DNA of 64,000 bases, from positions 558,001 to 622,000 of the forward strand of contig OW569347.1 in the NCBI GenBank assembly GCA_937625935.1, given 5' to 3'. Both the position numbers and the translations under genes were made by a program. Below, piece by piece: positions 23,899-35,086 of this stretch. Numbering within the stretch: the stretch's first letter is position 1; every line of letters begins with the position of its first letter. The notes below the pieces were generated by a model. That model was not told where the DNA came from, did not search any database, and was given only the letters and a program-made list of their open reading frames with translations. This stretch comes from Tetramitus jugosus (taxonomy: Eukaryota; Protista; Heterolobosea).

Positions 23899-25251
23899 TT
23901 AAGCCTTGACAGTACCAGCGTATGGTTGACTTTCAATACCACACTCGTTGACACCTCTTCTGATCCAGAAGAAACCGTTCAAGCCCCACTCTGGTCCCCA
24001 AGAGTTAGCAATAATCCAGTATGGCATGTTTTGGGACTCAGAGACACCCCAGCCAATCAACTTGACAGCGTGACCACCGAGCATTGAGCCAGAGACATGG
24101 TGATAGACACCACCGCTGTAGGACAAGAAGTCTTGGTAGACGGTGAAGGCAACTTGAATTGGACCATGGGCCATCAAGTCTGCTTGAATTTCATGGACAC
24201 CACCGGTAATGTGATAGGTTCTGTCAGCGTGGTAGAACTTTGGAGTGCTGCCATCGTTACACTTGGTGCTGCACTTTTCGACTTGACCTGCGCCAGCAGT
24301 GTATGGCATGCAGGCATCAGTTGGCAAACCGTCCTTCTTCATGAAGGCCCATGCGTTTTGCAAATATCCACCATTGCATCCATAGTCGTGCTTGTCGCAA
24401 GAGACCAAGAATTGAGGGGAAAGAACTTCATTGACGGATCCGTTGGTAGCAATGCAGAATCTGTCGGACAAGACTTCAGATCCGCTGAATGCCCAGCAGG
24501 AACCACACTTTTGTTGGTTTCTGATTGGATGAATGCACTTGCCGCCCAATGGTTGAGTTCTCCAGTCAAAGTTGGTTGGATAGTCCTTGGTCTTTTGTGC
24601 AAACATGGCTTCTCTTTCCTTGTTGATGAATTGAGGCACAATCTTGGCACCCATGTACTTGCGTTGAACTTGGCTCAAAGATTGACCTTCGAACACCTTG
24701 TTGACACCAGCCTTCCATGCAACACCTTGCTTGCTGTTAATCTCAGCAATCAACTTGTGGTCAATGGCTGGTTGTTCCTCAGAAATGGCAGATGCACCGT
24801 CCATCATAAAGTTGAATTGAATACAGGTGTAAGTGTTGTTCTTTCCGTCGGCCAATCTAGCAGTACCAGTGTATGGACCACCTGGTGGAGCAAAAGCAGG
24901 AACATCTTGCTTGATGGTTTGATCAAACTTGCCAACAGCGATTGGGCATGTCAAGAAACCAGCATCACAAACGTTTTGTGTTCCCTGATAGAGTTGAATT
25001 CCACTGTAAGCAACATCAACAGAAACAATAGCATCGCTACCAATAGCTTGCTTGAGGTCACCAGTGACGTGGAGTTGGAATGGAGCACCGCTCTTTGGAG
25101 TGGATGGGGAGAATTCGACAGTAGCAACATTGATCAACCAAGATGGATCTTGCTTGTCACCGCTACAAAAGGTCCAGATCTTGCCCTGGGCTGAGACGTT
25201 GGCAGCCATCAGGAAGCAAGCGAGAGCTGCAATTAAAATTACAAATTTCAT
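23899..25251 (-). CDS. Secreted ML (MD-2/NPC2-like) domain fused to a cathepsin B-like cysteine protease
   Basis: Signal peptide; ML domain (WTFC...FSPSTPKSG...NVCD...CPI..G...PPGGPY...TCIQF); cathepsin B propeptide (LIAEIN...WKAG.N..F); QQKCGSCWAF, GCNGG, GGHAVKLIGWG, ANSWG. Confidence 0.9.
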   Translation of the reverse strand: MKFVILIAALACFLMAANVSAQGKIWTFCSGDKQDPSWLINVATVEFSPSTPKSGAPFQLHVTGDLKQAIGSDAIVSVDVAYSGIQLYQGTQNVCDAGFLTCPIAVGKFDQTIKQDVPAFAPPGGPYTGTARLADGKNNTYTCIQFNFMMDGASAISEEQPAIDHKLIAEINSKQGVAWKAGVNKVFEGQSLSQVQRKYMGAKIVPQFINKEREAMFAQKTKDYPTNFDWRTQPLGGKCIHPIRNQQKCGSCWAFSGSEVLSDRFCIATNGSVNEVLSPQFLVSCDKHDYGCNGGYLQNAWAFMKKDGLPTDACMPYTAGAGQVEKCSTKCNDGSTPKFYHADRTYHITGGVHEIQADLMAHGPIQVAFTVYQDFLSYSGGVYHHVSGSMLGGHAVKLIGWGVSESQNMPYWIIANSWGPEWGLNGFFWIRRGVNECGIESQPYAGTVKA

Positions 25252-25608
25252 TGTTGTTCGTGTGTTCAAATAATAATAATGTTTGTTTGTTGTGGCGAAA
25301 GTTTTTTTTTTGCTTGGATGTTCACTGATGTTGTAGCAAGCGCGAACGATCCCTGCAAGGTTTGCCGAACTGGAAAGGACATTGTAAGAAGGGGTTCAAT
25401 GAATTTTGACGGGGAAAATATCGCCATTTTTGATTAAACCTGAAGCTTCGCAGGTCTGTAGAACAGATACTGGCTCAGATTTTATCCAGAAGCAATGAAG
25501 TATCAAAAGGTGGCGCAAATCATGCGTAAAAGGTGCGCTCCTCTTGAAGAGTTTTTGTTCGCGACATTGCGAATAACCCAATCAAAATCCACAAACCGAT
25601 TCAATATC

Positions 25609-26280
25609 ATGAGCTCACTGGTGAGACACCACAACCAACAACAACACTGGGAAAGTATCTTCACTTCCAAGGAACTAGAAAAAGTGAGCTGGTATCGTAC
25701 TGACGCAGGGTTATCCTATGAGCTGATTTCCAAGATTACAGGAAGTCTCAAGGCAGAGAATGTCTCTATGATTGATGTTGGAGCAGGAGCGAATCCCATT
25801 TTGATTGAGCAATGTTCAAGAGAGCTTCCACATCGTATGAGTATTACAGTGCTCGATATTTCTCAAGTTGCAATCGATACCATGAGAGAAAAGCTGGGTA
25901 ACAGGAAGGATGAAGTGAATTTTCTCGTTGGCAATGCATGTGATAGCTCGGTGCTTACAGGACTGGATGGAAAAGTTGATATCGTCCATGATCGTGCCGT
26001 GTTTCACTTTTTGACTGATCCTATTGATAGGGAGTTGTATCTTCAGAACATGCACAGGCTGTTGAAGGAAGGAGGTCACTTGATTCTTGGTACATTTGCT
26101 CTTCCTGATGGACCTCTTCAATGCTCAGGCATTCCCATAGTGAGATATGACGATAAGTCATTGAAAAACGAATTGGTTAAGTACTTTGAGTTGGTTGAGA
26201 CAAAGCATGAAATGCATGAAACTCCTTCACAGTCCAAGCAACACTTTGTGTTTGGTCACTTTACTAAGAGAAGTCTTTAG
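25609..26280 (+). CDS. Class I SAM-dependent methyltransferase, bacterial-type family
   Basis: HWESIF...VSWY, IDVGAG, LDIS, HDRAVFHFL, TF..DGPLQCSG, H.TP....Q.F; intronless. Confidence 0.85.
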   Translation: MSSLVRHHNQQQHWESIFTSKELEKVSWYRTDAGLSYELISKITGSLKAENVSMIDVGAGANPILIEQCSRELPHRMSITVLDISQVAIDTMREKLGNRKDEVNFLVGNACDSSVLTGLDGKVDIVHDRAVFHFLTDPIDRELYLQNMHRLLKEGGHLILGTFALPDGPLQCSGIPIVRYDDKSLKNELVKYFELVETKHEMHETPSQSKQHFVFGHFTKRSL

Positions 26281-26465
26281 GTTTAGGACAGGAATCCTAT
26301 AAAGACTTTATGTCAAGCCAAAATATCACTTCTCCCGTTGTCACTTCTATTTGAACAGGCTTGAGGTTAAGGTGGCGCAACTGCCACAAGAATCCAACCT
26401 AAATTCAAGACCTATAAAAGGTGCTCGGTTTCAGAACAAGGTGTCGAACTATGTATAATAAATCT

Positions 26466-28271
26466 TTATTGTGCATCTTGTGCCAACAATTCCTCTTTAG
26501 TTTCCAACTTGATGGTAACATGCTGCTTGTTGCGCAGCAGGATAGCCCAAATTGTCCACATGAGTGCCACGATACACATCAATATCATCATAACAATAAC
26601 TAGTGTGGTAATCGATCCGGTTCTATCATAAATTATACCCGAGGCAGTAATACACAGTATGACTGCAGAACTATGGAAGAAACCAAAATCAACACTCATC
26701 ACTCTTCCCATGTACTTTCCAGGACAAACGAGGTAGATTGAAGATGTTGATAACACCCATACTGTCCCTCCTCCAATGCCTATCATGACATGAGCTAGCA
26801 AGAATGGTATGACGTGCTTCTTAGCAGACACTAACACAAGAGCAAACCCGGACACGACTGATAAATAACTCAAAACAAGTATCGCTCTTGTCAACCTTGG
26901 ATCCCAAAGTATGTAATCCATATTCTCGTCATCGGGCGTAACTTCTTCTCCATTCGCTCTTTTTTCTTCAAGTCTTCTTCTCTTTCTTCTTCTCAATATC
27001 AGATTTACTGTTCTTTCGACAAGCACTGGTGTTAGGCCTGAAGAAAGACCACTGAGAGCCTTTGTAATACCAAGCATAGCAGACGCATCATTTCCAATTC
27101 TAAAGTATGAGTCAGAGTATTTGAGTGATATGATATCAAAGGAAGCCCAGCACAACGCACCGGATGACTTGAGCAGACAAAGTGACAAAAGATAGGGATG
27201 CTTGATCAGAAACAGGAAACCTTGCATCATTTCGAAGAAATAGTTCTTGAGAGATGCAGCAATGTATCGTATCTTTGATACTTTCTTCAATGTTTCAATC
27301 TTTTGTTGCTCTTCATCTATCGTGTCGTCATTCAGTGCTACTTCATCTCCATTTTCCTCTATAGGAGACATCTGTCTGAGTTCAATCTCAGATGCAGGAC
27401 TATCAGGAACTAGTTCCTCTTCGACTTGTGGTTTCTCTTCGGTTGAAAAGAAATCTGGAAACTTGCACAACCGGTACACACAGAATGAAGATGCTAGAAA
27501 CGTAATCGCATCGACAATAAAGTTTGCAGATGGACCAGCGACCGATGTAATCAACCCTCCCAAACTACTACCCACAAAACTACAAAACATCCATGTCAAG
27601 CTATCCAACGACTTTGCGACCAGAATATCGGATTTATCTTTCACTACCACGGGCACTAAACTATCCTTGCACGGGTCAAAGAAGGCATTCACTGCCCAAA
27701 TGGCAGCCAAAACACCATACAAGATAAAATAGGAGAGATTGAACCATGAGACCAACAAAAACAGTGGAACCAACAATGCTCTCAACAAATCAGACGCCAA
27801 CATGATATATCTCTGATCAAACAAATCAGCAGTGACTCCAGAGAAGGGAACGAGCAGCACTGGAGGAATAAAGATGCACCATGAGATGGCACTCACCGAT
27901 AATCCACTCATTGCTTGCTTTGAAGTTCTCTCTTCAATGATACTATAAATGGCAATCTGAGACAGGAAATTTCCAGTGACTGAGATGATACCGGACAAGA
28001 AGAGCCACATGTACTTTCTGTTGTGAAGCAACAGATTTACATATTGTCCAATCGATCTCTTCAGATCCAATAAAATGGAAGGAGATTTTTCTTCTTTTCG
28101 CTGTTCTTGATGCTCTGGTTCTTGTTCTTCTTGTTCGTTCAAATGAGGTGGTGTCGTTGTCTCTTCGCGTTCATCGTCATCTGCATAGATGACTGTTGTG
28201 GCAATTCCACCATTTGTATTGTCCATGTCATTGACAATTTCATCCGTGGGTACACTCTCACCTATAGTCAT
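26466..28271 (-). CDS. MFS transporter (DHA3/MFS_3-like)
   Basis: About 12 TM segments, SGVTADLFDQRYIMLASDLLR motif A, large acidic central loop, YMGRVMS. Confidence 0.85.
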   Translation of the reverse strand: MTIGESVPTDEIVNDMDNTNGGIATTVIYADDDEREETTTPPHLNEQEEQEPEHQEQRKEEKSPSILLDLKRSIGQYVNLLLHNRKYMWLFLSGIISVTGNFLSQIAIYSIIEERTSKQAMSGLSVSAISWCIFIPPVLLVPFSGVTADLFDQRYIMLASDLLRALLVPLFLLVSWFNLSYFILYGVLAAIWAVNAFFDPCKDSLVPVVVKDKSDILVAKSLDSLTWMFCSFVGSSLGGLITSVAGPSANFIVDAITFLASSFCVYRLCKFPDFFSTEEKPQVEEELVPDSPASEIELRQMSPIEENGDEVALNDDTIDEEQQKIETLKKVSKIRYIAASLKNYFFEMMQGFLFLIKHPYLLSLCLLKSSGALCWASFDIISLKYSDSYFRIGNDASAMLGITKALSGLSSGLTPVLVERTVNLILRRRKRRRLEEKRANGEEVTPDDENMDYILWDPRLTRAILVLSYLSVVSGFALVLVSAKKHVIPFLLAHVMIGIGGGTVWVLSTSSIYLVCPGKYMGRVMSVDFGFFHSSAVILCITASGIIYDRTGSITTLVIVMMILMCIVALMWTIWAILLRNKQHVTIKLETKEELLAQDAQ

Positions 28272-28404
28272 TTCTTTGTTTGTTCGTGAACGAACGAATG
28301 AGAATGCATTGAATTTTGAGTTCACGATCCAGATTGAACTCGGATTTTCGCCGAAAAACAACCAATCAGAATCGGGAAGATCGTGTGAAATCAAACATTC
28401 GAAT

Positions 28405-29838
28405 ATGAGCGAGAACAAGGAACAAAGTGTGACAATGAATGATCTATTCTATCAGGCAGTGGTTGCTCTTGTTTCATGGAAGGATCCAACACCACCTGTT
28501 GAAAAGGCACTAGAGCTACAACCAAACCACTTTTACACACTTGTGTTTAAGCTTTTGCTAGATGTGTTGGGCACTGGTGTTGTTCTGACTAGTGAATCCA
28601 TTACGAATCAAGTCAAACAGGTCAATGAGCTCTACAAGACACTTATTGAAGAAGAACAAGGCAATAACGGTCGTGCATTCAACGATTTATTGGCAGTGTT
28701 CATGAAGGGCGTGTTACAATTTTCAAGCGGTCAAATGAAGTTGGCTACGGAGACCATGGAAGATTTCATTTCGAGATCGTTGCTCTCTGGACGTCTAAGC
28801 GATAATGTTGACGACAAGAAGTACTCTGAAGAAGATGATCAACTGGAACGGGCATTGGCATTGTTAGCGCTCAAGTTGAACCATGATTCATACTTTTATC
28901 TGGGTCAATCGAATGATATTTATCAGTCTGTTGAGCGTGTGATTGATCATTTAGAAGGTATCTATGGGAAGTCCATTTATGGCTATGCGTTAGGCATGTA
29001 TGCATTCGGATTAGAGGAGAGCTATCAGTTCAGAAAGGCTGAAGAAGTGGCGAGAAAAGCGCTAGAGATCAACTCGGATGATGCATGGGCAGTTCATGCA
29101 GCGACTCATGTCATGGAAATGGAAGGCAGACAAAGTGAAGGTATTGACTTCCTGTCGAAAACGGAAATGAATTGGAGTGTCAGTGGCCCACTTGCCTGTC
29201 ACCTCTATTGGCACTGGTGCTTGCATCTGATTGAGTTGGATCGATTCAGCGAAGCCATTCGCTTTTTTGACAAAGAGATTGAGAAGAGATGTCGATCGGG
29301 TGCAATGCTTGATCTGGTTGATGGATCTTCTCTCCTGTTCCGTATCTCCTTTGAACATAAGGAGATGGTTGATGGTAGATGGGAGGCGATGCAGCAACTA
29401 TGGCTACCACATATTCATGACCATGTTATGGCATTCAATGACGCCCATATTGCCATGTCCTTCCCGGACAAAACATCTGTCATCTCCGAGTTCTTGTCCT
29501 CACTTGAGAAGTATGCAAGTTCAGGACCTGAACAGCAAATTAATCACGAGATTGTCACAACTGTTGGTATCAATGTCGTGAAGGCTGTAATTGCATACAA
29601 TGAATCCAAGTTTGAAACAACTGTTGAGCTTCTAGCACCAGTCATACTCGAGAAAACACTCATCCATATCGGCGGCAGTCATGCACAACGAGATGTGTTC
29701 CAGTTGTTGCTCATCAATGCATGTCTACGATCTGGTAAACTGGACCTCGCAAAAGAATTGCTCGCGGAAAGAAAGGCAGCGAAACCAAACAGTGGACAAA
29801 CTGATCGTCTGCTTCTCAAACTACAACAACAATCATAA
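28405..29838 (+). CDS. TTC38: Tetratricopeptide repeat protein 38
   Basis: GMYAFGLEE, DAWAVHAATHVMEMEGR, HLYWHWCL, DLVDGSSLLFR, FNDAH, IGGSHAQRDVF. Confidence 0.92.
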   Translation: MSENKEQSVTMNDLFYQAVVALVSWKDPTPPVEKALELQPNHFYTLVFKLLLDVLGTGVVLTSESITNQVKQVNELYKTLIEEEQGNNGRAFNDLLAVFMKGVLQFSSGQMKLATETMEDFISRSLLSGRLSDNVDDKKYSEEDDQLERALALLALKLNHDSYFYLGQSNDIYQSVERVIDHLEGIYGKSIYGYALGMYAFGLEESYQFRKAEEVARKALEINSDDAWAVHAATHVMEMEGRQSEGIDFLSKTEMNWSVSGPLACHLYWHWCLHLIELDRFSEAIRFFDKEIEKRCRSGAMLDLVDGSSLLFRISFEHKEMVDGRWEAMQQLWLPHIHDHVMAFNDAHIAMSFPDKTSVISEFLSSLEKYASSGPEQQINHEIVTTVGINVVKAVIAYNESKFETTVELLAPVILEKTLIHIGGSHAQRDVFQLLLINACLRSGKLDLAKELLAERKAAKPNSGQTDRLLLKLQQQS

Positions 29839-29877
29839 TATAATAAAAAATAGATGTATTGGGGTTTTATGAAAGAT

Positions 29878-31646
29878 TTACTCGGACTTCTTGCTCTTCT
29901 TTTCTTTCTTATCCTTCTTGTCTTTCTTTTCCTTCTTCTCCTTCTTTTCTTTCTTCTCCTTCTTGACCTTCTTCTTCTCAGATTCTTCGCCGTCTGCTTC
30001 ACGCTTTCTCTTCTTGTCCTTCTTATCCTTCTTTTCGGACTTGTCCTTCTTCTCTTTCTTGTCCTTCTTTTCCTTCTTCTCCTTCTTCTCTTCTACGACC
30101 TTTGGTGCTTCGACTTCCTTCTTAGCAACACCGTTCGTTGGAGCAGGGGTCTTCTTTTCAATGGCAGTAACATCGGCAGAGCTGTCATATTCAGCAGCTT
30201 GTCCCCGGAGCTTAGCAGGATGAGCTTGACTTCTGAAAGCTTGAGCAGTTTGCTTTTGACCTCTGGCAGAACCGGAGAGAGACTTGGCAGTGAATCCTTC
30301 AAGGTTGCGCAATCTAGCCTCAACCTTCTCTAGTGAATCAATACCAATGGTGGCGTATTCCTTCTCGCCCATGGCGTCCACTCTGGATGAAATGGCGCAC
30401 TTTGCAGCCAAAACACGAGCAATCTTACCCTTGTACTTTGCAGGGGCCTGTCCAATCAATGACGCATTATACAGGAGACCATACTTTGGAGTGTTGCTGT
30501 TGGATTTCAATGCTCTGAACAATGCCTTCTCAGCACCGAGGATTTGCACAGTGGAGGCAGGGTGCTTTGCCAAACTCAACAAACTACCAGCGTGAGCAAT
30601 CAATCTAGCACCAACCAACTCACCAACCAAATGGGTCAGATTAGGTGCAATCGCCTGCATTCTATTCTTCAAATAATCAAACAATTGTCCTCTGTACTCG
30701 GTAATAGAAATGACTTCGTCACACAATTTGCAAATATGGCTAATGTCTTCCTCATTGATTTCAGTACCCATGGAAATGATGGCAGCGTCCTTTACTTCCT
30801 GTGCCAACTCCTCTGGCAAAATCTCATCAAGGTTCACAGATTGTGCAGTGTTTCTGTCCTGTAGCATTTTTGCAGTCTTTGCGTACAACATGTTGTCTGG
30901 AACAATCTTTGCAAGTTCAGGGAAATGCCATCCGTACCATTCCTTGACACGCATGGCATAAATATTTAATTCCTTGTCCATGTCGTCCAACAATCCAATT
31001 GCTTGAACAATCATTGTGTCAATTTTATCTGGTGAAAACTTGAGCTTGAATCGGGACAAGCTGTGAGAGAGACCAAGAGACATTTGATTCATTTCCTTCT
31101 CAGAGGAGACATCACTCAACAGAGAGGACAATTGACAACGGATACCTCTCATAATTTCCAAGGTGTTCTTGTCGTAGATGCATGAGACACCAACCTTGTC
31201 TTGAATGAGACCACCAAGAATTTTGTCACTGACAATCAAAGAGTCGGATTTCTATCACATCATTCACAAGTGAAATGGATGGTTAGCATGGTTGGTTCCA
31301 CATAAAAAAAAATGGCATAAAATAGAAATGCGTGGTTTGACAAAAAAAAATGCAGTGTGTTGCGCGGTGAAAATGACGCACACAAATAACATGTTCTTCA
31401 TACCTTCAATTCATTCTTCAAAAAGGATTTGAGTCCCTTTCCGAGCTTTCCTTCAACCAACTCGACAGCAGCCTTTGTGGCTTCAGCAGTGTTTGCAAAC
31501 TTTTCAAAACTCTTCAATTTAATGACGTTTTGTGCCTTCTTTGCGGACAAAAAGTTTGATTCTATCGTTTTGGCATCAGTTATTTTTCCTTGGTCAAGGA
31601 CTTTGAACAATGCAAAGCCAGCAGGTGTTTCAAATAAGACGAACAT
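29878..31646 (-). CDS. NOP58: Box C/D snoRNP protein NOP58; intron 31252-31403
   Basis: MFVLFETPAGFALFKV, LKFSPDKIDTMIVQAI, EWYGWHFPEL, ASTVQILGAEKALFRAL, KKE-repeat tail. Confidence 0.95.
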
Positions 31647-31769
31647 TTTTTGTTTCTTCGTGAGCTGTTGTTGTTGGTCAAGAGAGTTTGAGTTTTTGCG
31701 GCGAATGTGTGTGAATTGAGAAAAATTTTGTTTTCGTGACAGCAAGAAAAACTTGAACCTTCAGCAATG

Positions 31770-32830
31770 TTTGTTTTTTGCGCCCATGGCTTCACACGAC
31801 ATGACTCTTTGCATAAATCTGTTGAACGTGTGTGAATTTTCACGACTGCATGTATTGATTGAATCTTCAAAGTCAACCCATCGGCGAAATATTTTCATGT
31901 TTTGAATACAACAATCTGCACCTAGTTCTGAGCAAATTTCATTCATCTTCTTGAGTTTACTCAACTTTGAATTCTTGGTGGCCTGGTTGAACCAAGAGCG
32001 GCTTTGTTTCATTCTTCTGGATCAACTTGTAATCATGTAGCTTCATGATGAGCATTGTAATACTCAATAAGTATCTATCAATGCTTTCCGTGGCCACCTT
32101 ATTACAGATGATTCTCGAAGTACAACTTGGACAATTCTGTGTGGCTCCATTTCTTCTCCAATGGACAAGGCTGATCAAAATCTCCAATATCCAGTTTCCT
32201 TTCATCTCAACTAGGATTTTAAAATGAAACCTCTGACATCCAGGTGAACCCAGTTTTGGCTGTGCATGAAATCAAGTCCTTTTCAAGAAATGTTTTCTCT
32301 GATAGAGCCGAGAATTCATAAACAGATCCAGGATATTGTGGCATCACCCTTGCGGTAAAGGTACAACCAAAGCTTTTGTTGATTACGATGTGGTACGAAG
32401 TGGATTTGTTTGGATGCTAAATCCTTGAGGTTTATTCAACTTCACAGAGAATTTGTCACGTTTAAGATAGGTATTGTTGTGGCAACTGTGAATAACAAAA
32501 CCTATGATTGTTCTTCTCTCACAATATAACACTGATAAAGTGTAAGTTACTGCTATGTGACCTTCAACTTTTACTGAAACCACAGACAAATAAATGATTT
32601 GTCTTCAAAAAAAGGAAGAAACTTGATCTTTCCTGGATTGGCACAAATCTGAATTGGAGAATGACGAATGGCAACTCAAGACAACAGCATGAATTCCTGC
32701 TCCATCAACGGTTGCTTTGACAGATGATAGCCATCATCCATGAGCTCATTCGACATTGGAGATCATGAACACCTCGGAGTCTGACTGAACGAATGTCCTT
32801 TGCGATCTCCTTGGTGTTGTATGGAGTCAT
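31770..32830 (-). pseudogene. Fragmented coding-like region with no intact ORF
   Basis: Several short, frame-shifted ORFs fill an unusually long intergenic gap in a compact genome; no family recognised. Confidence 0.25.
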
Positions 32831-33167
32831 TGTTCGCGTTTTTCTGCGAGGACCAATTTTAGTCCGGAGTTGTGAATTAGAACGGGCTTACAAAATGGGT
32901 ATTTTCTCGGAGTCTGAGGTTCTCCGGTGATGAAAAAATCGTGCCCAACACACACGTTTGTTCACCACTCCGGTAACTGGAAGAAACCCAACAGCGCGTT
33001 TTTTGCCTCACTTGAAAAACAACAACAACAAATCACACGCACACATCACCCACAACGAGAGTGTCTGAACAACGACAACAACAAAAAAAATCAAACATCC
33101 AATATCAACAACACTATTTCTCCTCCTTCACTCTCACTAAATAAACCAAAAAAACTAATAATCAAAA

Positions 33168-34521
33168 ATGTCAAATATACATTTATCGAGAATTCAACCC
33201 ACACAAAGTGCCGAAGGATTGTTGTTCCTCGGCTTCAATCAAGACTTTAGCTGTATTGCTGCTGGAGTTCACGATGGATTCCGTATTTTCAACTGCGACC
33301 CATACAAGGAGACTTTTAAGAGAGGTAAGAAATCAATCACACGAGACAACAACAAAAAATCTTTTGTGACATATTTTTTTGTTGATCAAAAAAAAAAGAA
33401 GTGTACTCACACTTTTGTGATCATATATATAGCATTCTCTGGATCAATTGGTATTGTTGAGATGCTTTTTAGGTGTAACATTTTGGCTATTGTAGGTGGA
33501 GATCCAGAGCCAGCTTTCAGTAAAACAAAGGTGATCCTGTGGGATGACAATCAATCTAGTCCAATTGGTGAGTTGGCATTCAAGGCTGATGTCAAGGCTG
33601 TTAAGCTTCGAAGAGAAAAGTATGTGTCGTCGTCATGACAGGTTTTTTTTGTTGTATTTTTTTCTCTCTGAGATTCATTTTTTTGCTGACACGAAAAATG
33701 ATTTTTTTGTCGCTCTTGCTATTTATTTTTTTTGGTGATCATTCACACACAGAATTGTTGTCGTGTTGGAGAATTATGTTTATGTGTACAACTTTGACAA
33801 GTTGGAAAGAATTCGCAAATATGAAACTTGTCTCAACAACAAGGGACTCGTCGCACTCTCACCAGTCGACGAATGTGTTTTGGCCTTTCCACACACCACA
33901 AAGGGAGTTGTCAGAGTTGAATTGTTGGACTCTGACAAGTCTCACTTGATCAATGCACATGACAGCACCATTAATTGTATTTCATTGAATGCGAATGGAT
34001 CAAGATTGGCCACAGCCTCCGAAAAGGGTACTCTGATTCGTATCTTTGACACATTTACCGGTGCAAAGCTACAAGAGGTGAGAAGAGGAACAGAGAAGGC
34101 TGATATATACTCGATTGCCTTTAGTCCAGACTCGAGATTCTTCTGTACATCATCCGACAAGGGAACGATTCACATTTTTGCGTTGAACAATGACACACAA
34201 CAGGGCATGATCAGTGGCAGTCCACCACCTGTTTCCCACATTGCAGAACCAATGGACAATAGCAGTCTGTTGAAAAAGTTGTCATCCACGAACAGAAAAT
34301 CAAAAATTTCCTTCTTTGGTGGCTACTTTTCATCCGAGTGGAGTTTCTCGTGGTTCAAGGGACCAGAATGCCCATCCATTTGCTGCTTTGGTCAAGACAG
34401 TGCTAGTGTGATTGTTTTCACTGCTGAAGGATCGTATTACAAGCTGTCATTCGATACCGATAAGGGTGGTGAGTGCACGAGACGTGCCTTTACGAGATTC
34501 TTGAAGGCTGACAAGAATTAG
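33168..34521 (+). CDS. ATG18: PROPPIN, WIPI3/4 (WDR45B / plant ATG18a)-type; introns 33325-33432 and 33620-33752
   Basis: FNQDFSC, IVEMLFRCNILAIVGG, VILWDD, LATASEKGTLIRIF, QEVRRG, SSDKGTIHIF, YFSSEWSF. Confidence 0.92.
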
Positions 34522-35086
34522 ATGGATGGGAGATATTGTTCGAAAACACAGTATGATACCCATTGATCTAATCTCATGTACAGCCACACAACAAGAGCAC
34601 CACATGGAGCATTCAATGACCCAGCATCAGCAAACTGACAAAACACATGTCACTTGCGCATTTGACTGCTTTGTTCTTGGTGTTCTTCTCACTCTCAAGA
34701 AGAAACAAAACAATCATTCCATGAAACCAACTCCTCCAAAACAAACAACACTACTGAACCAGTCCGTTCGACTAACTAATAAAACCAAAACCCCAACTGC
34801 TTTATTTGACCCAACTTACCCCAACAAACTTTTCTGCACCATCTCATTGTCACATGCCAACAACAAAGAATCTTGTCAATGTGCACCTGTCAATCGGAGT
34901 GGAGAACTTTCCCCGAATTAGATTGTGCAATATCAGAAAAAAAACAGCGACAGAGCAAAGACAAAAAACAACATCATCACCATAAATATTGCATCAGCTA
35001 ACTAACGACTTCCTGCAAAGCATATCTATTGAACTTTCGGGAACACCACATAAACAACAACAACCTCAAATACCATATAATACGAT

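Noticed and set aside
24097-25194. 365-aa antisense ORF opposite the cathepsin gene
   Set aside because: Shadow ORF explained by strong codon bias of the sense gene; no motifs.
29679-30333. Hydrophobic or Arg-rich ORFs overlapping the NOP58 3' end
   Set aside because: Alternative-frame readings of the KKE-repeat tail.
31252-31403. Possible intronic snoRNA in the longer NOP58 intron
   Set aside because: No CTGA D box paired with a C box and no convincing H/ACA double hairpin.
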